A program made the translations under genes and the position numbers. This document shows positions 8,254 through 17,780 of a DNA stretch of 64,000 nucleotides, in pieces. The notes beneath the pieces are model-generated. The model ran no database searches and was not told the origin of the DNA. It saw only the letters and a program-made list of their open reading frames with translations. The stretch comes from Herminiimonas fonticola. GTDB lineage: Bacteria > Pseudomonadota > Gammaproteobacteria > Burkholderiales > Burkholderiaceae_D. How positions within the stretch are numbered: the first letter of the stretch is position 1; the number at the start of each line of letters is the position of its first letter. Location of the stretch: the NCBI RefSeq assembly GCF_040395855.1, contig NZ_JBEBPO010000002.1, forward strand, positions 2,761 to 66,760, written 5' to 3'.

Positions 8254-9708
8254 CTATTTCTTGTCGCCGTTTTTCGGCTGATTGATACCGGCTTCTTTCT
8301 TCACTTCGACTTTCACTTTTGAAAGCACAACCGGCAAACCTTTCAAATGATTCAAGGCCTGCGCCAGCTGGAAATCGTCCTTGCTGCCGAATTCCAGTGG
8401 TTTGCGTTTTTTCTCCAGGGCGGCGATGCGCTGATCTTCTTCCAGTTCATCGAGGCTGGGGCGTGCGCTTTCCGCTTCCTTGTCCTTGTCGTTGGTCAGG
8501 TGCTTTTGCAGATCGGCTTCCCGCAGACGCAGGCTGTTCAAGCCATCGCCTTCGGCGGTTTCATCGACCATCAGATCCGGGACGATGCCCTTGGCCTGAA
8601 TCGAACGGCCGCTAGGTGTGTAATAACGTGCGGTGGTCAGCTTGACAGCGGTATCGGCAGACAGCTGGCGTATGGTTTGTACCGAGCCCTTGCCAAAAGT
8701 TTGCGTGCCCATGATGGTGGCGCGCTTGTAATCCTGCAGTGCGCCGGCCACGATTTCAGAAGCGGAGGCGGAGCCGGAATTGACCAGCACCACCATAGGA
8801 ATCTTCTTGATCGCTTCCGGCAGTTTTGCCAGCGGATCGCCGACAGCACGCGCAGCGTAGAATTCGCGGCGTGCATAGAAGCTGGCTTTGGAATCAGGCA
8901 ATTGACCATTGGTCGAAGTGATGACGACATCTTTCGGCAGGAAGGCCGCCGAGACGCCGATCGCACCTGGCAATACGCCACCCGGATCGTTGCGCAGATC
9001 GAGCACCAGACCTTTCAGTTTCGGGTCTTCGGCGTACAACGCAGCGATTTTTTTCGCCATGTCATCGACCGTCGGCTCCTGGAATTGCGCTATGCGCAAC
9101 CACGCATAGCCCGGCTCTACTACTTTTGCCTTCACGCTTTGTACGCGGATTTCCTGGCGGGTGATTGTGATGACGACGGGTTTGTCCTCATCCTTGCGCG
9201 CAATGGTCAGCGTGATCTTGGTGTTTGGTTCGCCGCGCATTTTCTTGACGGCCTCGTCCAGCGTCATGCCTTTGACCGGTGTCGAATCCAGCCGCGTGAT
9301 CAGATCGCCAGCCTTGATGCCGGCGCGATAGGCGGGTGAATCTTCTATCGGCGAAATGACTTTGACGTAGCCGTCTTCCATCCCGACTTCGATGCCGAGG
9401 CCGACAAACTTGCCTTGCGTGCCTTCACGCAATTCCTTGAATGCTTTTTTATCAAGATAGGCGGAATGCGGGTCGAGCGAGGACACCATGCCGGAAATGG
9501 CTTCCGTCAGCAGTTTCTTGTCTTCTACCGGTTCGACATAATCCGATTTGATGAGACCGAACACATCGGCCAGCTGGCGCAATTCCTCGAGTGGCAATGG
9601 ATTGCCGGCACTTTTCTGCGCCATTGCGTCCAGTTGTGTGCCCATGCCGATCGCACCGGCAATCATGCCCAAACCGATCAGTCCGATATTCTTGAGTTTC
9701 GTTCCCAT
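8254..9708 (-). CDS. ctpA: Carboxyl-terminal processing protease (S41, PDZ)
   Basis: 'SLDPHSAY', 'GLGIEV', 'LDLRNDPGG', 'SASASEIVAGALQD', 'TFGKGSVQ'. Confidence 0.93.
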   Translation of the reverse strand: MGTKLKNIGLIGLGMIAGAIGMGTQLDAMAQKSAGNPLPLEELRQLADVFGLIKSDYVEPVEDKKLLTEAISGMVSSLDPHSAYLDKKAFKELREGTQGKFVGLGIEVGMEDGYVKVISPIEDSPAYRAGIKAGDLITRLDSTPVKGMTLDEAVKKMRGEPNTKITLTIARKDEDKPVVITITRQEIRVQSVKAKVVEPGYAWLRIAQFQEPTVDDMAKKIAALYAEDPKLKGLVLDLRNDPGGVLPGAIGVSAAFLPKDVVITSTNGQLPDSKASFYARREFYAARAVGDPLAKLPEAIKKIPMVVLVNSGSASASEIVAGALQDYKRATIMGTQTFGKGSVQTIRQLSADTAVKLTTARYYTPSGRSIQAKGIVPDLMVDETAEGDGLNSLRLREADLQKHLTNDKDKEAESARPSLDELEEDQRIAALEKKRKPLEFGSKDDFQLAQALNHLKGLPVVLSKVKVEVKKEAGINQPKNGDKK

Positions 9709-9710
9709 GT

Positions 9711-11156
9711 TCACCTAATAGTTACCCAGCCAAGTGGGTCAAACGCGCGACCTTGGTGCCGCATTTCAAAGTATAAACCCGATTGTTCATTGCCGCCGCT
9801 ATTACCTGTGCTGGCAATGACTTCGCCTGATTTGACGGCATCGCCGGCATGTTTCAATACGGATTGATTATTGCCGTAAATCGTCATGTACTGGCTGCCG
9901 TGATCGACGATGATCAGATTGCCGAAACCGCGCAGCCATTCGGCAAAAACAACACGGCCTGCAGCAATGGCTTTGACTTCCGTGCCTTCGTCTGCGCGTA
10001 TGAACAAGCCCTTCCAGCTTGGGCCGTCACCGCGTTTGCTGCCGAATTTGGCAATCAGGTCGCCGCGTATCGGCAGCCGCAAGCGGCCGCGCAATGCAGC
10101 GAAGGCGCCATCCTGGGTGCTGGCATCGGGTGTGAGTTCATTTCTGGCGAGGGTCTTGGATGGCGGTTCGTCGTCTTCAATCGCATTCGGATTGGTGATT
10201 TTTCCGCTCGACGCCTTCTCATCCGGCGTGCCGCGTTTTTTTGCCTGTGCCAGACGTTTTTCACGTTCTTCGCGCGCACGCGCCGCGCGTTCCTGACGGC
10301 GTTTTTCTGCCGCTGCCGCTTCCGCCTTGCGTTGTTCCTGAATCAATACAGCCAGCTTGTCCACCAGGCTGGCGAGACGTCGTTCGTCACGCTCGATATT
10401 GCCGGCTTCCTTGCGCTGCGCGACCAGTTTGTTCGACAGTTGCGCCAGCAGCGTGGCGCGCTGGGCTTTTTCCTTTTGCAGGATGGCGTGCTGGTCGCGC
10501 GCTTCGGCGGCGATTTCATCCAGCTCTTCCTTGGCGTTTTGTACTGCCGCCTGATTGTCTTCGATCTTTGCCAGATTGGTGCGTAGCGCTTCGATCAGCG
10601 CTGCCTGCGCGCGCGAGATGTAGCCCATGTATTGCAGTTCGCGATTGATGCGATTCGGATTGTCGCCGGAGAGCAGCAGCTTGATGCGATCTTCATTGCC
10701 GGCGACATATTGTTCGCGTAGCAATGTGGCGAGCTGGCTTTGCTGCGCTTCGACAATTTTCTGCAGTGCGGCCTGCTGCTGTGATAACTCGTTCAGTTTC
10801 GCCTGGGTTTGCTGCTGTTCTTCGGAGAGATCCCGCAAATTGCGTTGTGCATCCGATATGGCTTCTTCCGATTTGGCGAGTGCGCTGGCGGCGGAGCTTT
10901 TTGCGGTTTCCGTCTTGTCTATGCTGCGTTTGAGCGTCGTCAGTTTTTGCCGCAGATCGGCGCGCTCGCTTTCGGCGATTTTCTTTTGCTTGCTGCGATC
11001 GGTGACTTTTTGCGCCTGCGCCTGTAGCTGCACACCGGCCAGCAGCGCCAGCAAGACGACCGAGCCAATGATGCGCATCGTCGGCCATGCCAGCGGATGT
11101 GGCCGGGCGAGGATGCGCGTGTTGCGTTTGATGCGTGATAAAAATGGAAGTTGCAC
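9711..11156 (-). CDS. envC: Murein hydrolase activator EnvC (coiled coil plus M23 domain)
   Basis: Long coiled coil; 'WKGLFIRA', 'WLRGFGNLIIVDHG', 'LYFEMRHQG'; lies between gpmA and ctpA. Confidence 0.9.
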   Translation of the reverse strand: MQLPFLSRIKRNTRILARPHPLAWPTMRIIGSVVLLALLAGVQLQAQAQKVTDRSKQKKIAESERADLRQKLTTLKRSIDKTETAKSSAASALAKSEEAISDAQRNLRDLSEEQQQTQAKLNELSQQQAALQKIVEAQQSQLATLLREQYVAGNEDRIKLLLSGDNPNRINRELQYMGYISRAQAALIEALRTNLAKIEDNQAAVQNAKEELDEIAAEARDQHAILQKEKAQRATLLAQLSNKLVAQRKEAGNIERDERRLASLVDKLAVLIQEQRKAEAAAAEKRRQERAARAREEREKRLAQAKKRGTPDEKASSGKITNPNAIEDDEPPSKTLARNELTPDASTQDGAFAALRGRLRLPIRGDLIAKFGSKRGDGPSWKGLFIRADEGTEVKAIAAGRVVFAEWLRGFGNLIIVDHGSQYMTIYGNNQSVLKHAGDAVKSGEVIASTGNSGGNEQSGLYFEMRHQGRAFDPLGWVTIR

Positions 11157-11161
11157 GGAGT

Positions 11162-11908
11162 TTATAGCACTGGCCCGTGGCTGGCGGCAGCTTTGACGGC
11201 CGCTGCCAGCGATTCCTGATCACCCAGGTAGTAATGACGAATGGGTTTCAGATTTTCATCCAGTTCATACACGATAGGGCGGCCGTTCGGAATGCTCAGC
11301 GAAACAATATCCTGATCGCTGATGTCGTCGAGAATCTTGATCAGGGCGCGCAGGCTGTTGCCGTGCGCCGAGATGATGATTTGCTTGCCGGCCCGGATGG
11401 ATGGCACGATGGTGTCGTTCCAGTACGGCTCCACGCGCAACAGCGTGTCTTTCAGGCATTCCCCCAGTGGAATTTCTTCGTGCTTCAAGGCGGCGTAACG
11501 CGGATCCTTGTACATGGTGCGTGGATCGTCTTCCGCCAGCAATTTTGGCGGAATGTCGTAGCTGCGACGCCATTGCAATACTTGATCGGCGCCGTATTCC
11601 TGCGCGGTTTCAGCCTTGTTCATGCCTTGCAAGGCGCCGTAATGGCGTTCGTTCAGGTGCCAGTCGCAGACGACGGGTATCCACATCAGATCCATTTCGT
11701 CCAGCGTGATCCACATGGTGCGTATCGCGCGCTTTAATACCGAGGAATAAGCCAGATCGAAGGTAAATCCCGCTTCGCGCAACAGTTTGCCGGCGTGCTT
11801 TGCTTCAGCACAGCCTTTTTCAGTCAAATCGACATCGGCCCAGCCGGTAAAGCGATTATCGAGGTTCCAGGTGGACTCGCCGTGGCGCATCAATACGATT
11901 TTGTACAT
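11162..11908 (-). CDS. gpmA: 2,3-bisphosphoglycerate-dependent phosphoglycerate mutase
   Basis: 'MRHGESTWN', '[11 protein letters not shown]', 'AHGNSLRA'. Confidence 0.95.
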   Translation of the reverse strand: MYKIVLMRHGESTWNLDNRFTGWADVDLTEKGCAEAKHAGKLLREAGFTFDLAYSSVLKRAIRTMWITLDEMDLMWIPVVCDWHLNERHYGALQGMNKAETAQEYGADQVLQWRRSYDIPPKLLAEDDPRTMYKDPRYAALKHEEIPLGECLKDTLLRVEPYWNDTIVPSIRAGKQIIISAHGNSLRALIKILDDISDQDIVSLSIPNGRPIVYELDENLKPIRHYYLGDQESLAAAVKAAASHGPVL

Positions 11909-12014
11909 GAGTCAGATAGGTAAGTAATGGTTTTTTGATGCAAAATGCCGAATCCGAATTGTATTCGGTCTTCTATTTTATAATGCGAACACTCTTTCAA
12001 CTAATTGGATCACC

Positions 12015-12416
12015 GTGAAATTCATCATTGATAACATTTTTCTCATCGGCATCGTGCTGGTGTCGGGCGGCGCACTGATCGTGCATACCTTGCAACGTAC
12101 CGGTGCAAAAGTGACTGCCTTGCAGGCAACACAGATCATCAATCAGGGAAAAGTTCTGATTCTCGATGTCCGTAACGCCGACGATTTTGCGACCGGACAT
12201 GTCCGCGATGCAAAAAACATCCCGTTGAAAGAATTGAAAACCCGCGTAGGCGAGCTGGAAAAATTCAAGGAGCGGCCGGTGATTGTGGTCTGCACCAAGG
12301 GCTTGCAATCGGCAAAAGCAACCGCACAACTGAAGAAGGCAGGTTACGCCAACGCGGCCAGTTTACTCGGTGGACTGGATGCATGGCAATCGCAAGGCCT
12401 GCCTGTCGTCAAGTAA
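12015..12416 (+). CDS. Rhodanese-like domain protein
   Basis: N-terminal TM, 'LDVRNADDFATGH', 'LLGGLDAW'; conserved position before grxC-secB. Confidence 0.85.
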   Translation: MKFIIDNIFLIGIVLVSGGALIVHTLQRTGAKVTALQATQIINQGKVLILDVRNADDFATGHVRDAKNIPLKELKTRVGELEKFKERPVIVVCTKGLQSAKATAQLKKAGYANAASLLGGLDAWQSQGLPVVK

Positions 12417-12428
12417 GAGAGGATCAAT

Positions 12429-12692
12429 ATGACTGCGCATGTAGTGATGTATAGCACCGGCGTCTGCCCGTATTGCACGATGGCGGAACGCTTGTTGACG
12501 GCCAAGGGGATAGAAACGATTGAAAAAATTCGCATCGATCTCGATCCTGCGCAACGCGCCGCGATGATGCAGAAAACCGGCCGTCGCACCGTACCGCAGA
12601 TTTATGTCGGCGATACGCACGTCGGCGGCTTTGACGATCTGAATGCGCTGGAACGTCTCGGCAAGCTGGATGCCTTGCTGCAAGGCGCCTGA
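12429..12692 (+). CDS. grxC: Glutaredoxin 3
   Basis: 'CPYC', 'TVPQIY', 'GGFDDL'. Confidence 0.95.
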   Translation: MTAHVVMYSTGVCPYCTMAERLLTAKGIETIEKIRIDLDPAQRAAMMQKTGRRTVPQIYVGDTHVGGFDDLNALERLGKLDALLQGA

Positions 12693-12781
12693 AGCGGTGC
12701 GCATCTGCGACATCGCAATGTTCATGCTGTAACCTGCCCGGAGGGTGAGCCCTCCATTTTTAATCTGACTGAAAGTGCTTC

Positions 12782-13276
12782 ATGGCTGACGAAAATCTGC
12801 AACCCGTATTCCAGATCCAACGTGTGTATCTGAAAGATCTGTCGCTGGAACAACCTAATTCCCCGGCAATTTTCCTTGAGCAGGCTGCTCCCGTGATTGA
12901 AGTGGCAGTGGATGTCGGCGCAGAACAGCTGGCTGAAGGCATGTTTGAGTCGACCGTAACGATTACGGTGACGGCCAAAATCAATGACAAGGTCGCCTTC
13001 CTGGTGGAAGCCAAGCAGGCAGGTATTTTTGAGGCGCGCAACATTCCGGACGAACAGCTGGATCCGCTGATCGGCATCGGTTGCCCAAGCACGATTTACC
13101 CTTATCTGCGCGCCAATATCGCGGACGCCATTACACGCGCCGGTTTCCCGCCTGTGCATCTGTCGGAAATCAATTTCGAAGTGTTTTATCAGCAGCGTCT
13201 GGAAGCGTTGGCGCAGCAACACGCTACCAACGGTTCCGGCATCGTGATGCCTGACGGTTCGGCAGCAAAGCACTAA
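12782..13276 (+). CDS. secB: Protein-export chaperone SecB
   Basis: '[19 protein letters not shown]', '[10 protein letters not shown]', 'INFEVFY'. Confidence 0.95.
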   Translation: MADENLQPVFQIQRVYLKDLSLEQPNSPAIFLEQAAPVIEVAVDVGAEQLAEGMFESTVTITVTAKINDKVAFLVEAKQAGIFEARNIPDEQLDPLIGIGCPSTIYPYLRANIADAITRAGFPPVHLSEINFEVFYQQRLEALAQQHATNGSGIVMPDGSAAKH

Positions 13277-13342
13277 GTCCTTCCTTGCAGGTGCGTCGTC
13301 CGATGCATCTGCAAGTTCCCGATAATGTGTGAAGGTGATCGC

Positions 13343-13792
13343 ATGAAATGGTCTTCCGCTGTCTTTGCAGCTTTGCTGGCCCCTACGCTGGCCATGAGCG
13401 CGGTGCGCGCGGCCGAGTTCAAGTCGGTGGGTGCCAATCCTGCCGTGCTGTATAACGCACCGTCAGACCGGGGGCGCAAGATATTTGTCGCACCGCGCGG
13501 CATGCCGGTGGAAATCGTGTTGACGCAAAATGGCTGGAGCAAGGTGCGTGATGCCGCCGGCGACTTGTCCTGGATAGAAACCAGCGCGTTGACATCGAAA
13601 CGCACCGTGGTGGCGACGACCGCCAACCTGAAATTGCATGCAGCGGCGGAAGATGCCTCTGCCGTGGTGGCGACGGTTGATAAAGGCGTGCTGCTTGAAT
13701 TGGTGGCGCCGCCAGCTTCGGGTTGGGTCAAGCTGAAGCACAGGGATGGGCCGATCGGCTTTGCAAAAATCGGTGAAGTGTGGGGCGAGTAA
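13343..13792 (+). CDS. Exported tandem SH3-domain protein
   Basis: Signal peptide, two SH3b-like repeats ('GWSKVRDAAGDLSWI', 'GWVKLKHRDGPIGF'). Confidence 0.8.
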   Translation: MKWSSAVFAALLAPTLAMSAVRAAEFKSVGANPAVLYNAPSDRGRKIFVAPRGMPVEIVLTQNGWSKVRDAAGDLSWIETSALTSKRTVVATTANLKLHAAAEDASAVVATVDKGVLLELVAPPASGWVKLKHRDGPIGFAKIGEVWGE

Positions 13793-13962
13793 GGAATAAC
13801 GGCAGAACAACTGCGGAATAGATTGCGTATCGGCGCAAGCTGGAAGTGGCGGCACAGTTTTCATGGATGCCGCGCAGATTCTGTTGACCATCATTGGTGC
13901 GCGACATTCTGACGATGTGCGCTCCTGTTAGTATTCTCACTCTTGTCTATCAAATCCAAAGA

Positions 13963-14958
13963 ATGAATATCACAATACTTGGTGCAGGCGCATGGGGTAC
14001 GGCCTTGGCGATGTCGCTGGCTGACCGGCATGCTGTGATGTTATGGGGGCGCGATGCCGCTGCGATGCGGGATATGCAGCAGCAACGCGAAAATGCCGCC
14101 TATCTGCCCGGTTTCCGTTTGCCGGACAGCCTGTCCCTGAGTGCGGATTTTTCTGCCGCGCTTGCACATGTCGGGACGGATGGCCTGCTGCTGGTGGCAA
14201 CTTCGCTGGCAGGATTGCGCCCGTTGGCCATGCAATTGAAGTCGTATGCGATTCCAAACATCGTCTGGCTGTGCAAGGGCTTCGAGGCGGACACGCATTT
14301 GCTGCCGCATCAGATCGTGCGCGAAGTATTGGGAAGCGATGTTCCTGCCGGCGCCCTGTCGGGCCCGTCTTTTGCGCAAGAGGTTGCGCACGGCCTGCCT
14401 TGTGCATTGGCGATCGCTTCCGATAACGCAGCCTTGCGCGAACTGGTAGTCAGTGCCGTGCATGGGCCGAGCATGCGCATTTATTCAACCGACGATGTGA
14501 TCGGCGTCGAAGTTGGCGGCGCGGTAAAAAACATACTGGCGATTGCCACCGGCATCATCGACGGCCTCAAGCTCGGTTTGAATGCGCGCGCGGCGCTGAT
14601 TACACGCGGCCTGGTGGAAATCACGCGCTTCGGCGTCGCACTTGGCGGACGTACTGAAACCTTTATGGGTCTGGCCGGCATGGGCGATCTGATTCTGACC
14701 TGTACCGGCGACCTGTCACGCAACCGCAAGGTAGGGCTGGGCTTGGCGCAGGGGAAAAAACTGGAGCAGATCGTGACCGAACTGGGTCATGTTGCCGAAG
14801 GCGTGCGTTGCGCACAGGCAGTGCGTGCGCTGGCGACTGAACACGGTATTGATATGCCGATTACGCATGCAGTTGCGGCAGTCTTGTTCGATGGTGATTC
14901 ACCGCTGGAAATGGTCAGCCGCCTGCTCGCGCGCGATGCGCGCAATGAAATGGCCTGA
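13963..14958 (+). CDS. gpsA: NAD(P)H-dependent glycerol-3-phosphate dehydrogenase
   Basis: '[10 protein letters not shown]', 'SGPSFAQE', '[10 protein letters not shown]', '[15 protein letters not shown]'. Confidence 0.95.
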   Translation: MNITILGAGAWGTALAMSLADRHAVMLWGRDAAAMRDMQQQRENAAYLPGFRLPDSLSLSADFSAALAHVGTDGLLLVATSLAGLRPLAMQLKSYAIPNIVWLCKGFEADTHLLPHQIVREVLGSDVPAGALSGPSFAQEVAHGLPCALAIASDNAALRELVVSAVHGPSMRIYSTDDVIGVEVGGAVKNILAIATGIIDGLKLGLNARAALITRGLVEITRFGVALGGRTETFMGLAGMGDLILTCTGDLSRNRKVGLGLAQGKKLEQIVTELGHVAEGVRCAQAVRALATEHGIDMPITHAVAAVLFDGDSPLEMVSRLLARDARNEMA

Positions 14959-15002
14959 AGTCTGTGCGCACAGCATCAAACAGTGCGCGTGCCATGCTGC
15001 AA

Positions 15003-15338
15003 TCAATGCGGCAACAGCAGCAGCGTCAATAAAACCGACGAATCTTCCAGTGCGTGCAAGGCATGCGGTTCGCCGCCTGCCAGGTAAACCAGCTCGCCGG
15101 CGTGCAGGGTTTGCGTGGTTTGGTGCGCTTGCAATTCAACCGCACCTTCCAGGCATTGGATCGTCAACGGGCCGGGAACGGTATGTTCCGGCATGCCTTT
15201 TCCGTGCGGCAGCACCAGACGCATCAACTCAAGTTGCGGTGTTTTGAAAAGCGCATTTGAAACGGAAGCGGTGATTCGTTCGCCTAGTGGCCGGACATCG
15301 ATCAACTGGCCGGATCTTGCGTGCGGTAGAGCCATCAT
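15003..15338 (-). CDS. Cupin-domain protein
   Basis: 'GMPEHTVPGPLTIQCLEG..LHAGELVYLAGGEPHALHA' cupin pattern; GAGGAG RBS. Confidence 0.75.
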   Translation of the reverse strand: MMALPHARSGQLIDVRPLGERITASVSNALFKTPQLELMRLVLPHGKGMPEHTVPGPLTIQCLEGAVELQAHQTTQTLHAGELVYLAGGEPHALHALEDSSVLLTLLLLPH

Positions 15339-15448
15339 CTTCTCCTCAACGTTATTCCAATACCGTCAAACGCATGAAAACCTGCGCTCTGCATTCCTTA
15401 TAGCAAACAAATCGTGCCGGATCAATCCGGGGCCTGCCGGGATGCGTT

Positions 15449-15649
15449 TTATTGTTCGTCAGGTTCGGATAATTTGATTTTCAGCAAACGTTTTTGTCCC
15501 TGGCGCTGGGCTGAAATCGATTTTTGATGTGGTCCGGCAACACGCTGTTTTGCCGCCAGTGCAAGATGATTGCGCGGCTTCAACGCCTGTTGCGAGGGCT
15601 CGATGCGGATGGTGAGTTTTTGCCGTTTGGCGAGCGCTTTATTGGCCAT
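15449..15649 (-). CDS. Small basic hypothetical protein (66 aa)
   Basis: 15 K/R versus 4 D/E, 'KPRNHLALAAKQRVAGPHQKS'; fills the gap downstream of hslU. Confidence 0.6.
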   Translation of the reverse strand: MANKALAKRQKLTIRIEPSQQALKPRNHLALAAKQRVAGPHQKSISAQRQGQKRLLKIKLSEPDEQ

Positions 15650-15719
15650 GATGGTAACGCCGCGCATGCTGCCATGCGCGGCCCCTGTCGATGATGATTA
15701 TCGATCTTACCGCAGGTAA

Positions 15720-17063
15720 TTACAGCACGTAGCGCGACAAATCCTCATCCACCGACAAGGCGCCCAGTCTTTCATTCACATAGGCGGCATCGATGGCGAG
15801 CGTCTGATCCGGGCTTTTGCCGGCGGAAAACGAAATTTCTTCCAGCAGTTTTTCCATCACCGTATATAAACGGCGCGCGCCGATGTTCTCGGTTTTTTCA
15901 TTGACCGAATAGGCGATTTCCGCCATCCGCTGGATGCCATCCTGCGCAAATTCAATGGTAACGCCTTCCGTGGCCAGCAAGGCTTCGTACTGCTTGGTCA
16001 GGCAGGCGTCGGTGCCGGTCAGAATGCGCTCGAAATCGGCGATCGACAGTGATTCCAGTTCGACGCGGATGGGGAAGCGCCCCTGCAATTCCGGTATCAG
16101 ATCCGAAGGCTTGGCGAGATGAAATGCGCCCGATGCGATGAACAGGATGTGATCGGTCTTGATCATGCCGTACTTGGTGTTGACGGTGGTGCCTTCCACC
16201 AGTGGCAGCAGATCGCGCTGCACGCCGGCGCGCGACACTTCGCCACCACCGGTTTCGGAGCGGTTGGCAATCTTGTCGATTTCATCGAGAAAAACGATGC
16301 CGTTCTGTTCCACATTGGCGATGGCTTTTTGCTTGAGTTCGTCTTCGTTGACCAGTTTGCCGGCTTCTTCCTCGATCAATAGCTTCATCGCTTCCCGGAT
16401 CTTGATCTTGCGCGCCTTCTTGCGATTGCTGCTGGCGCCGGAAAACATCGATTTGATCTGTTCGGTCATTTCTTCCATGCCGGGCGGGGCCATGATTTCC
16501 ATCGTCGGCCCGGCTTCGGCCAGTTCGATCTCGATCTCGGTATCGTCCAGTACGCCTTCGCGCAGGCGCTTGCGGAAAGTCTGGCGCGTGGCATTGCCGC
16601 TGCTGTTGTCAGGAACGCTGGTATTCGATGGATGAAAGCCGAAATCGCGTGCCGGCGGCACCAGAATGTCGATCACGCGATCTTCTGCGGCATCTTCGGC
16701 GCGCGCGCGCACCTTGCGCGTCTCGGCTTCGCGCGTCTGCTTGATGCCGATGTCGATCAGGTCGCGAATGATGGTGTCGACGTCGCGGCCGACGTAGCCG
16801 ACCTCGGTGAACTTGGTGGCTTCGATCTTGATGAAAGGCGCGTCTGCCAGCTTGGCCAGGCGGCGCGCGATTTCAGTTTTGCCGACGCCGGTGGGTCCTA
16901 TCATCAGGATGTTTTTCGGCGTGATTTCGTGGCGCAGCGGTTCTGCAACCTGCTGGCGGCGCCAGCGGTTGCGCAGGGCGATGGCGACCGCGCGCTTGGC
17001 ATTGCCCTGGCCGACCACATGTTTATCGAGTTCCGAAACGATTTCCTGGGGTGTCATGTTCAT
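15720..17063 (-). CDS. hslU: ATP-dependent protease ATPase subunit HslU
   Basis: '[13 protein letters not shown]', Walker A 'GPTGVGKT', 'FLDEIDK', 'ENIGARRL'. Confidence 0.97.
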   Translation of the reverse strand: MNMTPQEIVSELDKHVVGQGNAKRAVAIALRNRWRRQQVAEPLRHEITPKNILMIGPTGVGKTEIARRLAKLADAPFIKIEATKFTEVGYVGRDVDTIIRDLIDIGIKQTREAETRKVRARAEDAAEDRVIDILVPPARDFGFHPSNTSVPDNSSGNATRQTFRKRLREGVLDDTEIEIELAEAGPTMEIMAPPGMEEMTEQIKSMFSGASSNRKKARKIKIREAMKLLIEEEAGKLVNEDELKQKAIANVEQNGIVFLDEIDKIANRSETGGGEVSRAGVQRDLLPLVEGTTVNTKYGMIKTDHILFIASGAFHLAKPSDLIPELQGRFPIRVELESLSIADFERILTGTDACLTKQYEALLATEGVTIEFAQDGIQRMAEIAYSVNEKTENIGARRLYTVMEKLLEEISFSAGKSPDQTLAIDAAYVNERLGALSVDEDLSRYVL

Positions 17064-17099
17064 AATGATTTTTCGCAAAAGGGGCTGGTGCGCTTGCGC

Positions 17100-17636
17100 T
17101 CAATCCAGCGTTTCTATCGTGTGCGACAGATTGGTGTAGATGCAGAGTTCGCCTGCTATCGTCAGCGATTTCTTGACGATTTCCAGCGGCGACAGCTCGG
17201 TGTTTTCCTGCAAGGCTTTGGCGGCCGATTGCGCATAGGTGCCGCCGGAACCGATGGCGCCTATACCGTCGTTTGGTTCCAGCACATCGCCATTGCCGGT
17301 GATGACCAGCGTGGTTTCATGGTCTGCCACCAGCAGCATGGCTTCCAGCCTGCGCAGCATGCGGTCGGTGCGCCAGTCCTTGGCCAGTTCGACCGAGGCG
17401 CGCATCAGATGACCTTGATGTTTTTCCAGTTTGGATTCAAAGCGTTCCAGCAAGGTGAATGCATCGGCGGTACCGCCGGCAAAACCGACCAGCACCTTGC
17501 CGTTATAGACTTTGCGTACTTTGCGCGCGGTGCCCTTCATGACGATATTACCCAGGGTAACCTGACCGTCGCCGCCGAGCGCAACGACGTTGCCGCGTCG
17601 CACCGAGAGTATCGTGGTGCCGTGAAATTGTTCCAT
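17100..17636 (-). CDS. hslV: ATP-dependent protease peptidase subunit HslV
   Basis: 'TTILSVRR', 'GDGQVTLG', 'GFAGGTADA', 'IGSGG'. Confidence 0.97.
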   Translation of the reverse strand: MEQFHGTTILSVRRGNVVALGGDGQVTLGNIVMKGTARKVRKVYNGKVLVGFAGGTADAFTLLERFESKLEKHQGHLMRASVELAKDWRTDRMLRRLEAMLLVADHETTLVITGNGDVLEPNDGIGAIGSGGTYAQSAAKALQENTELSPLEIVKKSLTIAGELCIYTNLSHTIETLD

Positions 17637-17725
17637 GCTTGCCTCTGAAATAGGAGTGGCTGAGGTGGTGAAAAACAGAATAAAAAGTGAAATCAGGTCG
17701 CGCGAAAAGCACGATATTTCCAGAA

Positions 17726-17753
17726 AAATGGGGACGGACCTTACGATTGCAAG
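17726..17753 (-). promoter_or_regulatory. sigma32 heat-shock promoter of hslVU
   Basis: Minus strand CTTGCAA-N13-CCCCATTT matches CTTGAAA-N13/14-CCCCATNT. Confidence 0.85.
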
Positions 17754-17780
17754 TCGGAATTACGTCCTGATTGCAGAACC

